From assembly GCA_016906335.1 (NCBI GenBank), contig JADEYG010000007.1:868001-932000 (forward strand): a stretch of 64,000 nucleotides of DNA, given 5' to 3'. This stretch comes from Novakomyces olei. Its lineage: Eukaryota. Under the pieces are notes generated by a model, which saw only the letters and a program-made list of their open reading frames with translations, did not search any database and was not told the origin of the DNA. Below, one piece after another: positions 11,485-25,146 of this stretch. The position numbers and the translations under genes are program-made. Position 1 is the stretch's first letter; each line of letters opens with the position of its first letter.

Positions 11485-13622
11485 ATGGAGCGGTCAAGCG
11501 CCGCATCTAGCGTTAATGCACATTCTTCGTCAAATTTAGCAGCCCAAACGGGCCCCGCAGAGTACGGGCCTGGATCAGCAGCCACCGAGACAAATGGCGC
11601 TCTAGAATACCCGCCGAGCTCAGAGTCGGACTCTAATCTGCCGGAAAAGACGGCATCTGGATTATTAGCTCAGGCAGACGGCACTGAGCGCGTGAAATCG
11701 GGAAATAGCAGCAGTAGTACGACTAATGCTCCCGCGATAGCTCCAAAAAGGCCTTCGGCAAATAGCAACTCGTCACTAGAACGGAGCAGCGCCACAGCAG
11801 GTGGCTTTGGATCTTTAAAACGATCGGGAATGCGCCGAGCGCCGCCGGGATCAGCAGCAGATTCGCGACAGAATATGCGTGTTGAGACGGAAACTGTTCG
11901 GAATTTCAGTCAAATGGGCGTTGGCGCTCAAAAGGATCCGAGCTTGCATTACAAGCGGTCTGTTGTACGTAACTGTTCATAATTTAGATAAGATGTGGCC
12001 TTTTCTTTTCTTTTATTTTTTATTTTATTTTAGTTTTAATTCAGCACCCGAACAGTTGCTGAAGATTTCGTTTAAATTTCTCGGTCGATTATTCTAATCA
12101 AAGGATACTATGCGACAGGCAAAGGGAACAGTTCGGAAGAAAAGGTCGCGCAATCCTGTAGCGCCCCCCGGAAATTGTAAGAAGGAAAAATTAAAAATAA
12201 AAAATTGAATATTGAAGATTAAAACTTAAAAAATAAAAATAAAAAGAAATAAATGAAAATCAAGATTCCAACAGAATGTTAACGAGCAAAGTACCGAGCA
12301 AAGGCGATATGTTTGCGGCCAAAGTGGCATCGGCTATGGAAGACGCAGAGGATTCAGACTCAGATGAAACGTTTGTTTATGAAACAATGCCCAAGGCTCA
12401 TTCGCCCACGGGCTCAATATCCTCAGTTTCGTCAGTCAGTCGGGCACGGCAATCTTCGACTCTAAGTCTGGGCCATTCGCGAAGGCCTTCACAAAATCAT
12501 AGTAATAATTACAGACCCAATGGCAGGTACGGGCGTTCAGTGTCACAGTTTCAAGTACCTGCACCGGATGGCAGCGGGGCTCTTTACGATACGTCTGAGG
12601 ACAACAGTGGAGTGGCCGTTTATTCGCCTCGCAGAACGCTTGCAGCAGGTGCCAATTTAACCTCTGGAGGCAGCCATCATCGGCCTCATTATGGAGCCCT
12701 TGATGAAGGCAGCAGTGGCCCCTACTCTCCACGTGAACCGAGAAAGAGAATGGCTACTTACAATATAGCAAACCTTTCCTCTCCGTCCTCTGCACGTAGG
12801 AAACAGCAGCATCGGTTCTATAGGCCTTCGCCAAGAGCGGCAACTTACAATGACGATGCCGCTGATGGCGAAGACGAGGACGGTGATGAGTATGACGAAG
12901 ACGAGGACGAGGATATGAATGGAGTGAGATCGCCTCTACTGAGGTATGAGACGACTACTTTGCAAGACACAGAGGGCAATACTGCCACACCTCAATGGGT
13001 TCGAAAGCGTCGGCGAAGACGTAATTTTAACACCGTTTTACTTGGGCTGCTTGTAGTTCTGGCCCTACTTTTCTGTTCAATGCTGCTTTGTATTGCTCTG
13101 CTAAGGCCACTGCAGAATATTGAGTTACACGGGCTGGGCAATATTATAGCGTCACCAGAGACGCTGATGATGGATTTACAGGTTAGTGCTATTAATCCAG
13201 GGCTGCTTGAGCAGACGATTACTGCTGCCGATCTGAGTATCTTTGCACAAAGTCCGTACATTGATAGCAAAGGCCACAAGGCAGGAATCGGTGGAGACGA
13301 TGATAATGATGCGGAAGTAATGCTGCTTGGGACAGTACGCGAGCTGGACTCGCCTCTAGTGTTTACATCCCAAGTTCTTACACATATGAGCACGAACAGC
13401 AGTGCCGGGATCACAGTAAAGGCACCCGGTGCAAATTCCAGATCTGGTGGTGGAAGTAGTGGCGGATCTTCTGAGGGTAAACGGATCTGGCGACGAGTAT
13501 TAAAACACGATTTCCATGTGCTCGTTCGTGGGACTGTAAAGTATCGCTCATCGATCCTGCTTCCACAGTATTCGAGCGCAGAAATTTTTGCTACTGCCCG
13601 GATTCATCACGACGAGGATTAG
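11485..13622 (+). CDS. VAC7: Vacuolar segregation protein Vac7 (Fab1 regulator), 3 exons
   Basis: Motifs RVETETV and SKGDMFAAKVASA..DSDSDETFVYE, one TM helix, lumenal domain with LLGTVRELDSPLVF and WRRVLKHDF..LVRG.VKY. Introns at about 11965-12103 and 12177-12291. Confidence 0.88.
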
Positions 13623-14084
13623 ATTCCATGATGGTTGCGATTAGACGGTTGGCGAGATTGATTAGATTGTATATTTAATGTAAACTGGGGTTTGACAGAG
13701 ATTGCATGTTTGATCTTTTGACAGTTTATTCTCTCGTTTTTTGTTATACTATAGCAGAATTAGAGCAGAATCCAAGAGTCGAATGGTGGTTGCTGATTGC
13801 AATAACGAGGGCAATCGTGACATTGTTTCAACCTTTTTTCGTAAGTATAATTGTGTAGATATATGTAGACAGACACGAGACAGACATCAGACGGACATCA
13901 GACAAATTTTTGCATTATGGATGGTCTAAAAAAGATTGATTTGGTAAACTACATTTTGGCAATGCCACTGCATAAATTGATAAGGACGACGGTATTCATG
14001 ACACCGAGTCGTATTATACTGGCCCCATTATCGCCATGTCATACTTTAGCCACACTTTTGCCATACGATCTCGACGAGTCATTG

Positions 14085-14210
14085 AACAAGTCACCAACAA
14101 GTCACCAACAAGTCACCAACAAGTCACCAACAAGTCACTGAACAAGTCACTGAACAAATCACTGAACAAGTCACTGAACAAGTCACTGAACAAGTCATTC
14201 ACAAGTCATT
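14085..14210. repeat. 11/12-bp minisatellite (AACAAGTCACC / AACAAGTCACTG)
   Basis: About 10 consecutive units. Confidence 0.92.
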
Positions 14211-14964
14211 CAGTGCTAGACGATACGCAAGTAATGCAGCAAGCCAACACGTGCTTGAGCGCGATGCTTGGCGCATCATTCACGCTATTGTTTACTTGTT
14301 CAGTCAGGGTTTTCTACACGTGACCGCGTAAGCAGAAACGTGGCATAGTATAATTCATACGCGGAAAGGGAACGAATTAGAAGGAAATGACGAGCACAAG
14401 CAATACAAAGAAATGCAACGCAAAGCAAGAACAATAATAAAAAAAAACAAATAATCAGAGCCAGAGCAAAACAAAGCAAGCAGTGAAAAAAGAAAAGAAA
14501 ATAATAATACAAGAAAATAAACAAAAAAGAAATAAAACAAGAAAATAGAAATAAGCAATAAATAAGCAATAAGCAAGAAAAGCTAACGCAAAACAAAACA
14601 TTACGACTTACAAGTGACGCTTAAAATAATTAATTAGTATCGAGAAACAACAAACCCGAACGGTTAGTTGCCGTTGCGCGTACATCGCGAGTTTGGAACC
14701 GTTTAACCGCGCGCGACTTTTGGCACCAGACGCAGTGCCGTATAAGTATTTCCTCGTTCGCCGATCCGTTTTCCCTTTGCTGCTTTGTCTGATACTCTCC
14801 TTTGCAACTCTACAGTCGGCCATTCTGGAACAGTACACTTGGCCGACCGCTTGATCCTGGCCAGCGCCAGCGCACATCAGCACACAGACAAGAAAACCCT
14901 GCAGAGTCCCTGTGAAAACCCTGTGCGACAGACGAGAGCAGATTTGCCGGCCCGCGTCTGACCG

Positions 14965-15519
14965 ATGAGCAGCGCGTCACGTGCCGGACCGTCACGTGCT
15001 CCGTCAATGCCTCCGTCGTGGCAGAGACCGCAGCAGCCGGCAGCGGCAGCGGCAGACGCAGTGAGGATCGGGCACAGTATGCTGCTGACCCCTGATTCAA
15101 GTTTTATCGGCAGCGACAAATCTCTGTCTCTTTTACGCGACGCGTCCAGCGCCTTTGACGGCAGCGATCAGACGTCTTTTTCTTGTGCATCTCCAGACTT
15201 TGCGCTTCCACAGACTCCGCTCTCCGTCAAAAACGAGAATGAGCTTAATTTAAAGCGCAACTTTCTCCGCAACCAGCAGCAGCGCAAGAGCCAGTCGGGC
15301 AGAGAAAAGCCACGTGGGAAAGAGGAGGCAAAGAGCCTTAAACGCAGTGAAGGCGTACTAAACCTCGACCAGGCGTCACTTGGCTCACCTGTGGCTAAAC
15401 GGAACGCTCCTCTAGCTCACTGTGCCACTCCGACACGTTCAAATATGGCTAATCACGTCTTTTCTACACCTGCTCCAGCCTCTTTAAGCTCTTCAAGTTC
15501 TGGCTCAGCCTCTTTAAGT

Positions 15520-15556
<37 letters not shown>

Positions 15557-18510
15557 GCCAGGCAAAACTGCAGCTGGAAACGCCCTCCTCACAGCGTCTT
15601 TTACGGTCAAAAAAAACCCTGCCTGCTAGCTCAAAGCAGGCAGAGCACTATGAACCAAACAGCGGAGTCGGTAGTAGTACACTTGGAGCAGAAGGGAGGA
15701 GACGGGCCCGCCACCCGCTGAGCCAGGCCTCTTCGGGACTCACTCCGTCGCCTATAAAGCCTGCGCCTGGAGCGAGCGGCAGTGCTTTGCCTATAAAAGT
15801 GCCTACAAGGACCCGTGAGTGTGGAGCAAGGCAGGTCCCTACTCCCACAGTGGGCAGTACTGCCATGCGTAAAGACCAGGACAAGCGTAATCTATTCACT
15901 CCGCAAAACTACAAACTCGTAAAACCGCTACAGGCGGCCTTTATGTCAACAGGCCTCTTGTCTAAACGCCGAGGGAATAGCGGAGCCGGACCGGCAGCCC
16001 ACCCGACGATCCAAGCGCCACTGCCTGGGACTCCGTGTAAACCAGCTGCCATGTTTAGCACACCACAGCCGCCCTCGCCGGGCACTCCGAGCGCGGCCAA
16101 GTCAGAGTCGCTGCTGCTCGACAGATCGTTTATCGGAAGCGATGCCGATGGAGAAGGCGATGAGGGAAGCGAACCCGAGTATATACTGGCGGGCGCCAAC
16201 AGCTGGAGTCGGCTTTTCAATCCTCAAACCACAAACCCTAACCCTAACCCTCAAAGCACAGACAACCCTAACCCTAACCCTTTAATGAAGGGTGACAGGT
16301 ACAGCGAGAGTGTACAGAGCCGTGCCGGCTATGAATCCTATCGGCAGTCGACCAGCAATTACGAGGCTAATGAGACTAATTACGACCACGACTGCAGCTT
16401 TGACGAGGACGAGATTGCACTGGACACGGGTGGGGAGGACAGTATAGAAATTGAACAGAGTTTTGGCAGTCTGACAAGCGCCGGCAGCGACGGAGAGGGG
16501 CCAAGAACGCCGACAAAGGCACTGCTGAACGAACCGCCTGCAGGGCTTCGAAGAGGCGGAGGAAAGCGGTGGAAGGGTGAGGCCGGCAGAGCGGCTTTGC
16601 TTTTAGAATCAGGAGGTTCAGGCTCTTTAGGCACTTCAGGCACTGTTCTAGGAGGTTCAGGAGGACCAGGAGGATCATACACTTTAGGCACTGTTCCAGT
16701 GCCTGGAACAGGAGGTCCAGGAGGTCCAGGAGGTCCAGTCAATTTAGCCTTTTGTTCAGGTACTGTTCCAGTACCTGGAACAGTACCTGGAACAGTACCT
16801 GGAGTTACTACTGGCAGGCAGCGTGGCTACGGCCAAGAGCGAGACGCGCTCTTGAGCGTCGACTCGCTCGATGCCAGTCGGCTGTCGCTGGACAATGAAT
16901 CAACGGCCAACTGCTCTCTATCAGCCTCGTCTCCTCCTCCTTTACTTCTGCGTACAACTGGAGAGCCGATACGGCAGCGGCGGGAGCCGCTTGACGAGAT
17001 ATTCGCGACCGTCTTTACCCTTGGATCGGGTGAGTTTTCCGAGGTGTACGAGGTAACGGACACGGGAACGCTTCCGCCACAAAAATATGCAGTAAAACGG
17101 ACCCGGAAGCCGCTCTATGGCCGGCGAGAGCGCCGGCGGAGGTGGGACGAGGTCCGGATCCTGGAGCAGCTCTCTGGCCACGAGCATATAATCGGCCTCT
17201 ACGATTTTTGGGAGCACGAGTACCATTTGTACATGCAGCTCGAGCTCTGTGAGAACGGCAGCCTCGACCGGTTCCTTCGGGAGATTGGAAAGGAGTCAAA
17301 GCTCGATGAGTTTAGGGTTTGGAAAGTGCTCACTGAGCTCTCTCTCGGCCTTCAGCACGTCCACGACAGTGGGTTCATGCACCTCGATCTGAAGCCGGCA
17401 AACATCCTCATTACTTTTGAAGGCAGTCTCAAGATTGGCGATTTCGGAATGGCAGCCGCTTACCCAGCAAGCCGGGCGCTTGAGCGAGAAGGCGATCGGG
17501 AGTACATTGCGCCAGAAGTGCTCGAGAGCAATATCTACGACAGACCGGCCGACGTCTTCTCCCTCGGGCTCATTGTCCTTGAAGCAGCAGCCAATATTGA
17601 GCTGCCAGACAACGGACTGCCGTGGCAGAAACTGCGGTCGGGAGACCTCTCTGATGCGCCTCGGCTCTCGGCCTCAAAGGACGACACTTCCCTCCTCAAA
17701 ATGCCGGACGGGTACGCATTCAAGGCGGGTAAACGGTCAGCCGAGCAGGCGTTCCAGGCCGGCAATTGTAGCAATTGTAGCAATTGTAGCAATTCTATTA
17801 AGAATTGTAGCAATTCTAACAATTGTAATAAGAATTGTAACAATTGTAACAATTGCAATAGCAATTCTATTAAGAATTGTAACAATTGTAACAATTGTAA
17901 CAATTGCAATAGCAATTCTATTAAGAATTGTAACAATTGTAACAATTCTAGCAATTGCAACAATTGCAACAGTTCTTGCACTAGTGCTGATAGCACTAGT
18001 AACAAGCCTCTGCCGGTACGCACATCGGCGTCTGCTCCGGCAACAGGCCACCGCGATGGAGCAGACGGCCGCTTAAAGGCACAGCAAAATCACGGGACTC
18101 ATCCCGTGATCGGCGCTGGCGGCCTTGATCGGATAGTACAGTGGATGCTGGCACCGGATATGAGGAAACGGCCCACTATTGGCCAAGTTCTCGCTCAAGA
18201 GGAGGTCCAGTGGGTCGACCGTGTCCGCCAGTCTGGTGCGATTATCTTTGAAGGCGAGCTGGGCCCTTTGCAAGACGGTGGGCCAGACTTGGCCGGGCCA
18301 GACTATGCGGCCGCTGACGACTGCTACCAGCACCAGAGTATCGGCGTCGACGAGGATGAGGAGGCAGACGAAGACCAGAGAGTTATGGGAGAGACTGGCA
18401 GTTCTCAAACTGCTTCCTGGAGCCAGAATGGACGGCGATTAGCTCACACAGAGTCTGCTCTTGACCTGGAAATGATCGATAATGGAGATGCAATGGATGT
18501 GGATCGGTGA
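14965..18510 (+). CDS. wee1: Wee1/Swe1-family CDK-inhibitory kinase
   Basis: LGSGEFSEVY, YAVK, HLDLKPANILITFEGSLKIGDFGMA, EREGDREYIAPE and LPDNGLPWQKLRSGDLSD. N-terminal fungal Wee1 motifs KRSEGVLNLDQASLGSP and FTPQNYKLVKPLQAAFMSTGLLSK. Confidence 0.96.
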
Positions 18511-19552
18511 TTGTTCCTTTATTGCTTTTGCCTACTTATGACTATTCTTGTTCCTTTGCGTTTACTTATCTGCGTTTACATTACGCTGCTGTTACATGCT
18601 TTGTTACGGTCTAATGTTTGGGGGTTCGCGGCGCGTCGTCTGGCCCGGCGAGTCGGGTTGGCTTTTGCTTTTTGCTTTTTGTTTTTTGCTTTTTGTTTTT
18701 TGTTTTTTTGCTTTTTTGCTTTTGCCTTTTGCCTTTTGCTTTTTGCCTTCTTTTTATTGCTCTATTCTTTTTCTTCGTGTCTGTAGGATTTAGCCGTGTA
18801 TAAATGCCAATTGGTGGCAAGGGAATATTGTTTACTGGCCTGATTATCGATATAGTTAATGCATGACTGAATAATTTGCGCATATTAACATGAACGATAA
18901 ATCGTAAATGATCAATGCGTAGACAAGATTGGTCTATTAGTTACCATTTCATTTGCTGCGTTTGTTGCATTTGTTGTGCCTTTGAAAGGCTGAATCACCA
19001 ACAAAAAAGTAGTACAAGTATTGCCAACACGGGTCTAGATGTTTGGCTTCAATCACCAAGCAGAAGTTTAGATTTATTTCTCTATCCATAAAAAATTAAC
19101 CCTAACCCCAACTATATCTCTTGTACTACGATAGACGTGCACGTATACTTCTCGACATGGATATGTATTGGACAAAAGGGCTTTAATATTCTGATTTAAA
19201 AACTAGAAAATCAAAATTAATAAAATCAAAATTATGTAAGTGATTTGCAATGGTACAGACGTATTGCGCACCGATTACAAACCATATACACTATTCACGT
19301 TGGTTCGCGCAGGATTTATATACTCATTTCTGTCTATATCATCATTATTTTTCTATTATTCTTCTAATCCTAGCTCGTCCTTGCGACTCCGCCAGACCCA
19401 TCGTGTCTACGTTTGCTCTACTCTTACAATGCACGAGTACAGTACCAATATTCCTTATACTAATATCAAGCTTTTCTCCTTCAAAAAAAAAAAAGATTAA
19501 ATTTGAGGGGATGCAGGGAAAAGGCGTTCAGCAGTACATAAACATGACGGGT

Positions 19553-21596
19553 TTAAGCCTGGTAGGTGGACGCACTGACGTTACCGCCGCGGCCGGTCCA
19601 GTTGACGTGGATGTACTCGCCAACCTTGTACTTGTCATTCGCATACTGTGGCAGAATCTGGAAAGTATGGGCTCCGAAATAATCACGCTGAGCCTGCAGC
19701 AAATTGGCAGGAAGCTTCTCGCTCGTGTAGCCGTCAAAGAAGGACAGAGCAGTGCTCAAAGCCGGAGCTGGGATACCCATGGAGGCAGCCTGGCCAATGA
19801 TACGGCGCCAGCCTGGCTGAGCCTTGACGATAGCGTTCTTGAAGAAATCGTTGAACAACAAGTTCTCCAGCTCCTGGTCAGCACGGAAGGCCTTTGTGAT
19901 ATCTCCCAGGAAGACGGAGCGGATGATACAGCCTCCGCGCCACATGAGAGCAATTCCGCCAAAGTTGAGCTTCCAGCCATAGTCTTTAGCGGCAGCACGC
20001 ATAAGCATAAAGCCCTGGGCGTAAGAGATGATCTTGGAGGCATAGAGCGCCTGCTCCAAATCATCCACCAGCTGCTTGCGATCGCCCTTGAAAGGCTCAA
20101 TGCCAACTTTGGGCAGAATCTTGCTCGCACGCACGCGCTCCTCCTTCAGAGAGGAAAGGCAGCGGGCGAAAACGGCTTCACCAATCAGAGTTACTGGCTG
20201 ACCGAGATCAAGAGCGTTGATAGCCGTCCACTTGCCCGTACCTTTCTGGCCGGCAGTGTCCAGAATCTTGTCAACCAAGGGCGTACCATCATCGTCATCA
20301 AAGCGCAAAATATCGCGCGTGATTTCAATGAGGAAAGAGTCCAAAACACCCTTGTTCCAACGCTCAAAGACGTCGGCAATTTCATTGCAGCTGAACCCAA
20401 TACTGCGAAGGATAGAGTATACTTCACAGATCATTTGCATATCTCCATACTCAATACCATTGTGAGTCTGCTTCACGTAATGGCCAGCGCCTTCCTCACC
20501 GACCCAGTCGCAGCAAGGCTCTCCGTCAGTCTTGGCTGCAATTGCTTGAAAGATATCCTTCACGTGCGGCCACGCAGCAGGATTGCCTCCGGGCATAATA
20601 GAGGGGCCATAGCGGGCTCCCTCTTCGCCACCAGAGACACCGGCGCCGATGTAGAGGATGCCTTTGCTCTCCAAGTCTTTGCAGCGGCGAGTAGTGTCGG
20701 GGTAGTGGGAATTGCCACCATCAATGATGATATCGCCCTTGTCAAGATAAGGGAGTAAATGCTCAATAAACTGGTCAACGGCAGGACCGGCTTTGACCAG
20801 GAGCATTATACGGCGCGGGCGTTTCAGCAGCTGAACAAACTCTGGAATAGAGTGAGCACCCACGATCGACTTGCCTGGTTTGTTAGAACTTTATAAACAA
20901 AGCTGTAGGAAAAACAAAATTTTTCGAAAAAAGGATTAAATAAAAGATATTTGCTATAATTGTATGATAAATGAAGAAGGAGCAGAGCAATTTAAAGACA
21001 GTTGTAGTTTCAAAGACAGTCAAAATTTCCAGTAATCACAGTGCAGTTACGGTTAAATAATTGTAAATAAAAATCTGAAAAAGAGGTGATCATGAATAAT
21101 CGAAATTAAAGATGAATGAGCAAACGACGGCAAAGGCCCCATCCCCAAGGAAGGGGTTAAAGGCAAACAATAGAGACATACCCTTGGCTTCATTGGCAAG
21201 GAAATGGTCGACCTTAGAGACGGTACGGTTGAAAGCCGCAACAGTAAAGCTGTGCAATCAGTAATTGCCATTTTAGACGACTACGGCGCTGTTCTTACCC
21301 CTTGTCGGCACCGTTAAGGATCAAGTTCTGGCCCATAACAGCGAGGCCGATAAGGCCAAAATCTGGAGAGTCAGTAACAACACCCAAGACGGCAAAGCCG
21401 TTTAGACAAGTAATACGTACCAGCACTGAAGGCACGACGCATAAAGCCGCCGGATAACCGGCGTAACCGCTCCATGTCAGCAATTCGTCCCAAATAAAAC
21501 ACGCATTTGCAAATATATATACAGTCTAGGCCGAAGCACTACGATATTTGTATGTACATATACGGCTCTCCGACAAACTTACACTGCTTTGCTCAT
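19553..21596 (-). CDS. GND1: 6-phosphogluconate dehydrogenase, decarboxylating (5 exons including a 5-nt micro-exon)
   Basis: Exons 21583-21596, 21421-21425, 21299-21362, 21182-21249 and 19553-20874 give MSKAVADFGLIGLAVMGQNLILN...HNGIEYGDMQ...AQRDYFGAHT. Confidence 0.97.
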
Positions 21597-22374
21597 AGCT
21601 GATTCTCTTTGGGGTCTTGGAACTGAGACGTAGAAACTGCCGGCCGTGGATCTTTGGCAGATGGATGAATTGGTGGAATAAAGCTTGGAAAATATAGGGT
21701 GGGCGGAAAAGGCGGCAGATTCCCGGTTTATATACCGCCTATTGTTCCTGGTTAGGGTATTCTATCCCGCCTTTTTCGTGGTCCAAGAGAGAAGCGTATT
21801 ACTAACCCATCAGTCCGTTGGGACACGTGCATGCGTAATGCTGGCGCATGCATCATGCACTGCCATATAATAGGCGCGCCTACCGTGCACATAATAATTT
21901 ACGTGGATCCGTAATGCGTACATTACAAATCTTTGCATCATATCGTCACTCCACTTTTGGCCTACTAAAATAGAGAGACGGGACCGTCTGTTTATGCTTT
22001 TGTAAAGTAATTCTACGTCACTGCTTGTTGGATACAGAAAAATAATATTTACACGCAATCAAACCAGAGATTCTGCGTTTGCTATTTGTGTTAAATCATC
22101 GCTTCTTTTATTATGTATGAAGAAACTAATTTAAATATTAAAAAAATAATATGGTGATAGTAAATAATATAAAAATTCTTATAATTAATATTAATAATAA
22201 GAAATAAATTGAAAATAAAAAATGAAAATATAAAAGACAATAATAATAATGAAAAAAACAAAAAAAAAAAAAAGACCAAACGTGAATATGAAACTGAAAG
22301 CCAAACTCCAACACAATTAGCAAACAATGAAGGATCAAGTCATATGACAAATGCAATGCTAGCACAGAATAAGT

Positions 22375-23367
22375 TCATGCAGACATCCTCGGAGAAGGCG
22401 GAGTAGAGTAAGGCGACTTGGCCTTGAGAAGCATATCGACCAGCAAATACTGCACAGCGTTCATAATTAAAGGAAATACAAACATAACAAATGCAATTTG
22501 CAAACGTTTATTGTCCCTCGTCCACGCGAGTAGCCAATCGCCCAAGGCTATTACTCCGGGACAAAGAGCAAAAAAAGCAGCCACGACGGCCTTCATCACC
22601 ATTAAAGCACCCAAATAAACACCCAACTGCCTAAGCCACCACGAAAATCTTGCACCATTCTCCGGTTCGGAAGCTTCCGACTGACCATACTCTCCGGATC
22701 GAATACCCTGAACGCCTATGGCCACAAGAGACCGCTCCAGCACTTTCATAGCCACACAAAGAACAGCGACTCCAGCAGTAGTATCGATAAGCAAATTCAG
22801 AAAATACCAAACGCACGGGTTTTCTTCTGCATCGTTTTGGGTTATTACAGGCATCGTCACGTTGTGTCCTTGGACAAGACTGAACAGCTGTATTGTAAGC
22901 GTTGAACAAGTGCGCACGCGCACACAACAGGCGGTTTTAGCAAGATTATTGATATAAACTCAGCTTACAATATTTATTACGTGTATTAAAACGGCTCCCA
23001 ATACTTGCTTCGACACATCATAAGTCCTAAAATCGGTAAGCGCCAAAAAATGAAAATAAGACCACTTGGAAACAAAGACAAACTAAATGGATGATGAAAA
23101 GGAAAAAAAAATATATATTATAAAAATATTGAAAATAAAAGATAAAAAACAGAGCAAAACAACTCCAGCAGTAAAGACATGCGAATGATCCAAAACTTAC
23201 CATACGATTGTAGTACGCCGTGGCCGTTCACGCCACCTTTTGACAACGAGAACGGACAGCGCGAGAATGCCCAAACTAACTTGTACAAAGATCGCAAAAG
23301 GTCCAAGTAGATCGCACCGTTCTTCACAAGTCCTAAAGCGACCGCTATTTACAGTTTTTAGGCTCAT
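22375..23367 (-). CDS. Vacuolar membrane protein, YPL162C/STIMATE-like, 3 exons
   Basis: CDLLGPFAIFVQ..LG.LA.S.L..KR.RERPRR, YDVSKQ, NPCVWYFLNLLIDTT and LQIAFVMFVFPLIMNAVQY. Confidence 0.85.
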
Positions 23368-23790
23368 TGTGCGCACAAAAGGCGCGTTCTGACCTTTAAC
23401 TTGTGCTGCTTTTGCCAAATGAATCTTTGCCCCGTATGACGACGATCATTGATTTACTGAAGCGTTTCTAATTAAATATATAAACCGGAATGTTTACCTA
23501 GTTAAATTGGCAGTGTATATTGAACAAGTTATCTATGAAATGTATTGCTATCATTATTGCCACAGAGCAACCACTAAATAAATAGTGAGTTTAGGATTAG
23601 TATAGTAAAAGCGAAAGAACGATTAAACAAGAGAATCATAGAAAAACACCGGTTTACAACACATAGACAGACAGCTATACGTAATGGACAAGGTGGAAAT
23701 AGACAGTTGGAGTCTGGCCAAATGCGAGTTTCGTATTGCAGACGTTCATGATTCAAATATTGGCATATTTAACTACATAAATCAAAATGC

Positions 23791-25005
23791 CTAAGCGCCC
23801 TTATTCTCCGCTTCATCCCGACGTGCCCGTTTCTGCACGCGTTCGGCGGCGTTAGAAGAACTCGCGCCCTCATCTTCCCGTTTACTTTTCCGCACAAGAC
23901 CAGTCAGGTCCTTGGCAACAGCACCCTGCAGAGCACCAGCCAACTGTGAGCGCAATTGGCCATCACTAGAGGCTGAGGTTAAAGCACCAAGTAGAGAATC
24001 CTCTTCAGGTGCAGGAACACGTGGCGGATTTTGTAGCTCTTTGACTTTCAGCTTGAGTTCGACTAGCATCTCTTTGCTCTCACGCAGCTTTGTCTCGTCT
24101 TCTTCCAATTTATCCTGTAGCTCTTCCTTGCATTGACCATCTTTTCCTTCTTCTGTTCCGACTTGATTTCGCAACTCCTCAACGTGTTTTTGAGAGGCGT
24201 CTACGCGTTTTTGAAGCAAGTTTAGTGCCTGGAGTGCATGTTTCACTGCCTTCTCCCTATCACCTTTCTCTGTAGAAAGCTCCAAGACCAGTGCCAATCT
24301 GAAATGTGCCTCAGACAAGATAGGACTGCCTGCATCATATGCCTCTATCTTGAGCTCTAGTGCTCTTGCTACCTGATCTATTGCTTCGGGTACAGCTTCT
24401 TCCTCCAAAAAGTTATCTCCTAGTACGTCGAGCACGTCTGCCAGCTTCTTCTTTAGCGAAGAACGCTCTGTATCATCTTTTTCTTGCTCTAATCGCTGTT
24501 CAAACATTTGTCGTGCGCTTTCCAGCACAGCAATAGCAAAACTCATATCATCGTCTTCGCCTTGTTCTCCATACTCGTCTTCATCTTGCTCTTCGCCGTC
24601 GTTTTTACCGCTTCGGATTTCCGCATTTCCATCATCTTGTTCGTCTCTTACAGCATCTTTTCTTGAGCTTCCTGCTATTTGCTGTTTCTTGTCCTCTTCG
24701 GCCTTGTCCTGCTCTGCCTCATCTCCCTCGTCCTCAAGTTCACTGTCTTCCTCCTCCTTCGTTCCACGCCCGTCTCCGGGAAGAGCGCCTAGAATATCGC
24801 GATTCGCGATTGCGTGTTTGGATAAAGCACGCCCGTAGAGCACAAGTATCTCAGCGTTAGCTGTGTCATCAGCCCCGCGTAGCTCTTCCTGAGCCTGTGC
24901 TGCATTTGAAAAAATCTCAGATGCCTCTTCGTAATGCTGTAATGCAAGCTCGCGCTTGCCCCGCGTACAAATCTGCTGCAGAGCGCGTTCGTCCATTGCG
25001 ACCAT
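23791..25005 (-). CDS. sim3: NASP-family histone H3/CENP-A chaperone (Sim3/Hif1, SHNi-TPR)
   Basis: Interrupted TPR with an acidic insert. LYGRAL, LADVLDVLGD..LE.E and SEAHFRLALVLE. C-terminal DLTGLVRK NLS-like motif. Confidence 0.85.
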   Translation of the reverse strand: MVAMDERALQQICTRGKRELALQHYEEASEIFSNAAQAQEELRGADDTANAEILVLYGRALSKHAIANRDILGALPGDGRGTKEEEDSELEDEGDEAEQDKAEEDKKQQIAGSSRKDAVRDEQDDGNAEIRSGKNDGEEQDEDEYGEQGEDDDMSFAIAVLESARQMFEQRLEQEKDDTERSSLKKKLADVLDVLGDNFLEEEAVPEAIDQVARALELKIEAYDAGSPILSEAHFRLALVLELSTEKGDREKAVKHALQALNLLQKRVDASQKHVEELRNQVGTEEGKDGQCKEELQDKLEEDETKLRESKEMLVELKLKVKELQNPPRVPAPEEDSLLGALTSASSDGQLRSQLAGALQGAVAKDLTGLVRKSKREDEGASSSNAAERVQKRARRDEAENKGA

Positions 25006-25077
25006 TGACTTTCACCGCGTCGTCCTGTAGCTTAAAATAATAATTTCGACATTTATTGAACATGTAATTATTATTCT

Positions 25078-25079
25078 AT

Positions 25080-25146
<67 letters not shown>

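Noticed and set aside
14300-14600. Hydrophobic Phe/Leu-rich ORFs here and at 18511-18803, 22091-22365, 25444-25691 and 55020-55356
   Set aside because: These are products of A-rich or T-rich low-complexity intergenic and UTR sequence.
16234-16281. Telomere seed or telomerase RNA template ((AACCCT)n)
   Set aside because: It lies in frame within the Wee1 coding sequence (NPNPNP) and is too short to indicate a chromosome end.
19250-20758. 502-aa ORF antisense to GND1
   Set aside because: It mirrors a highly codon-biased gene, has no recognisable domain, and runs through an A-tract in the 3' region.
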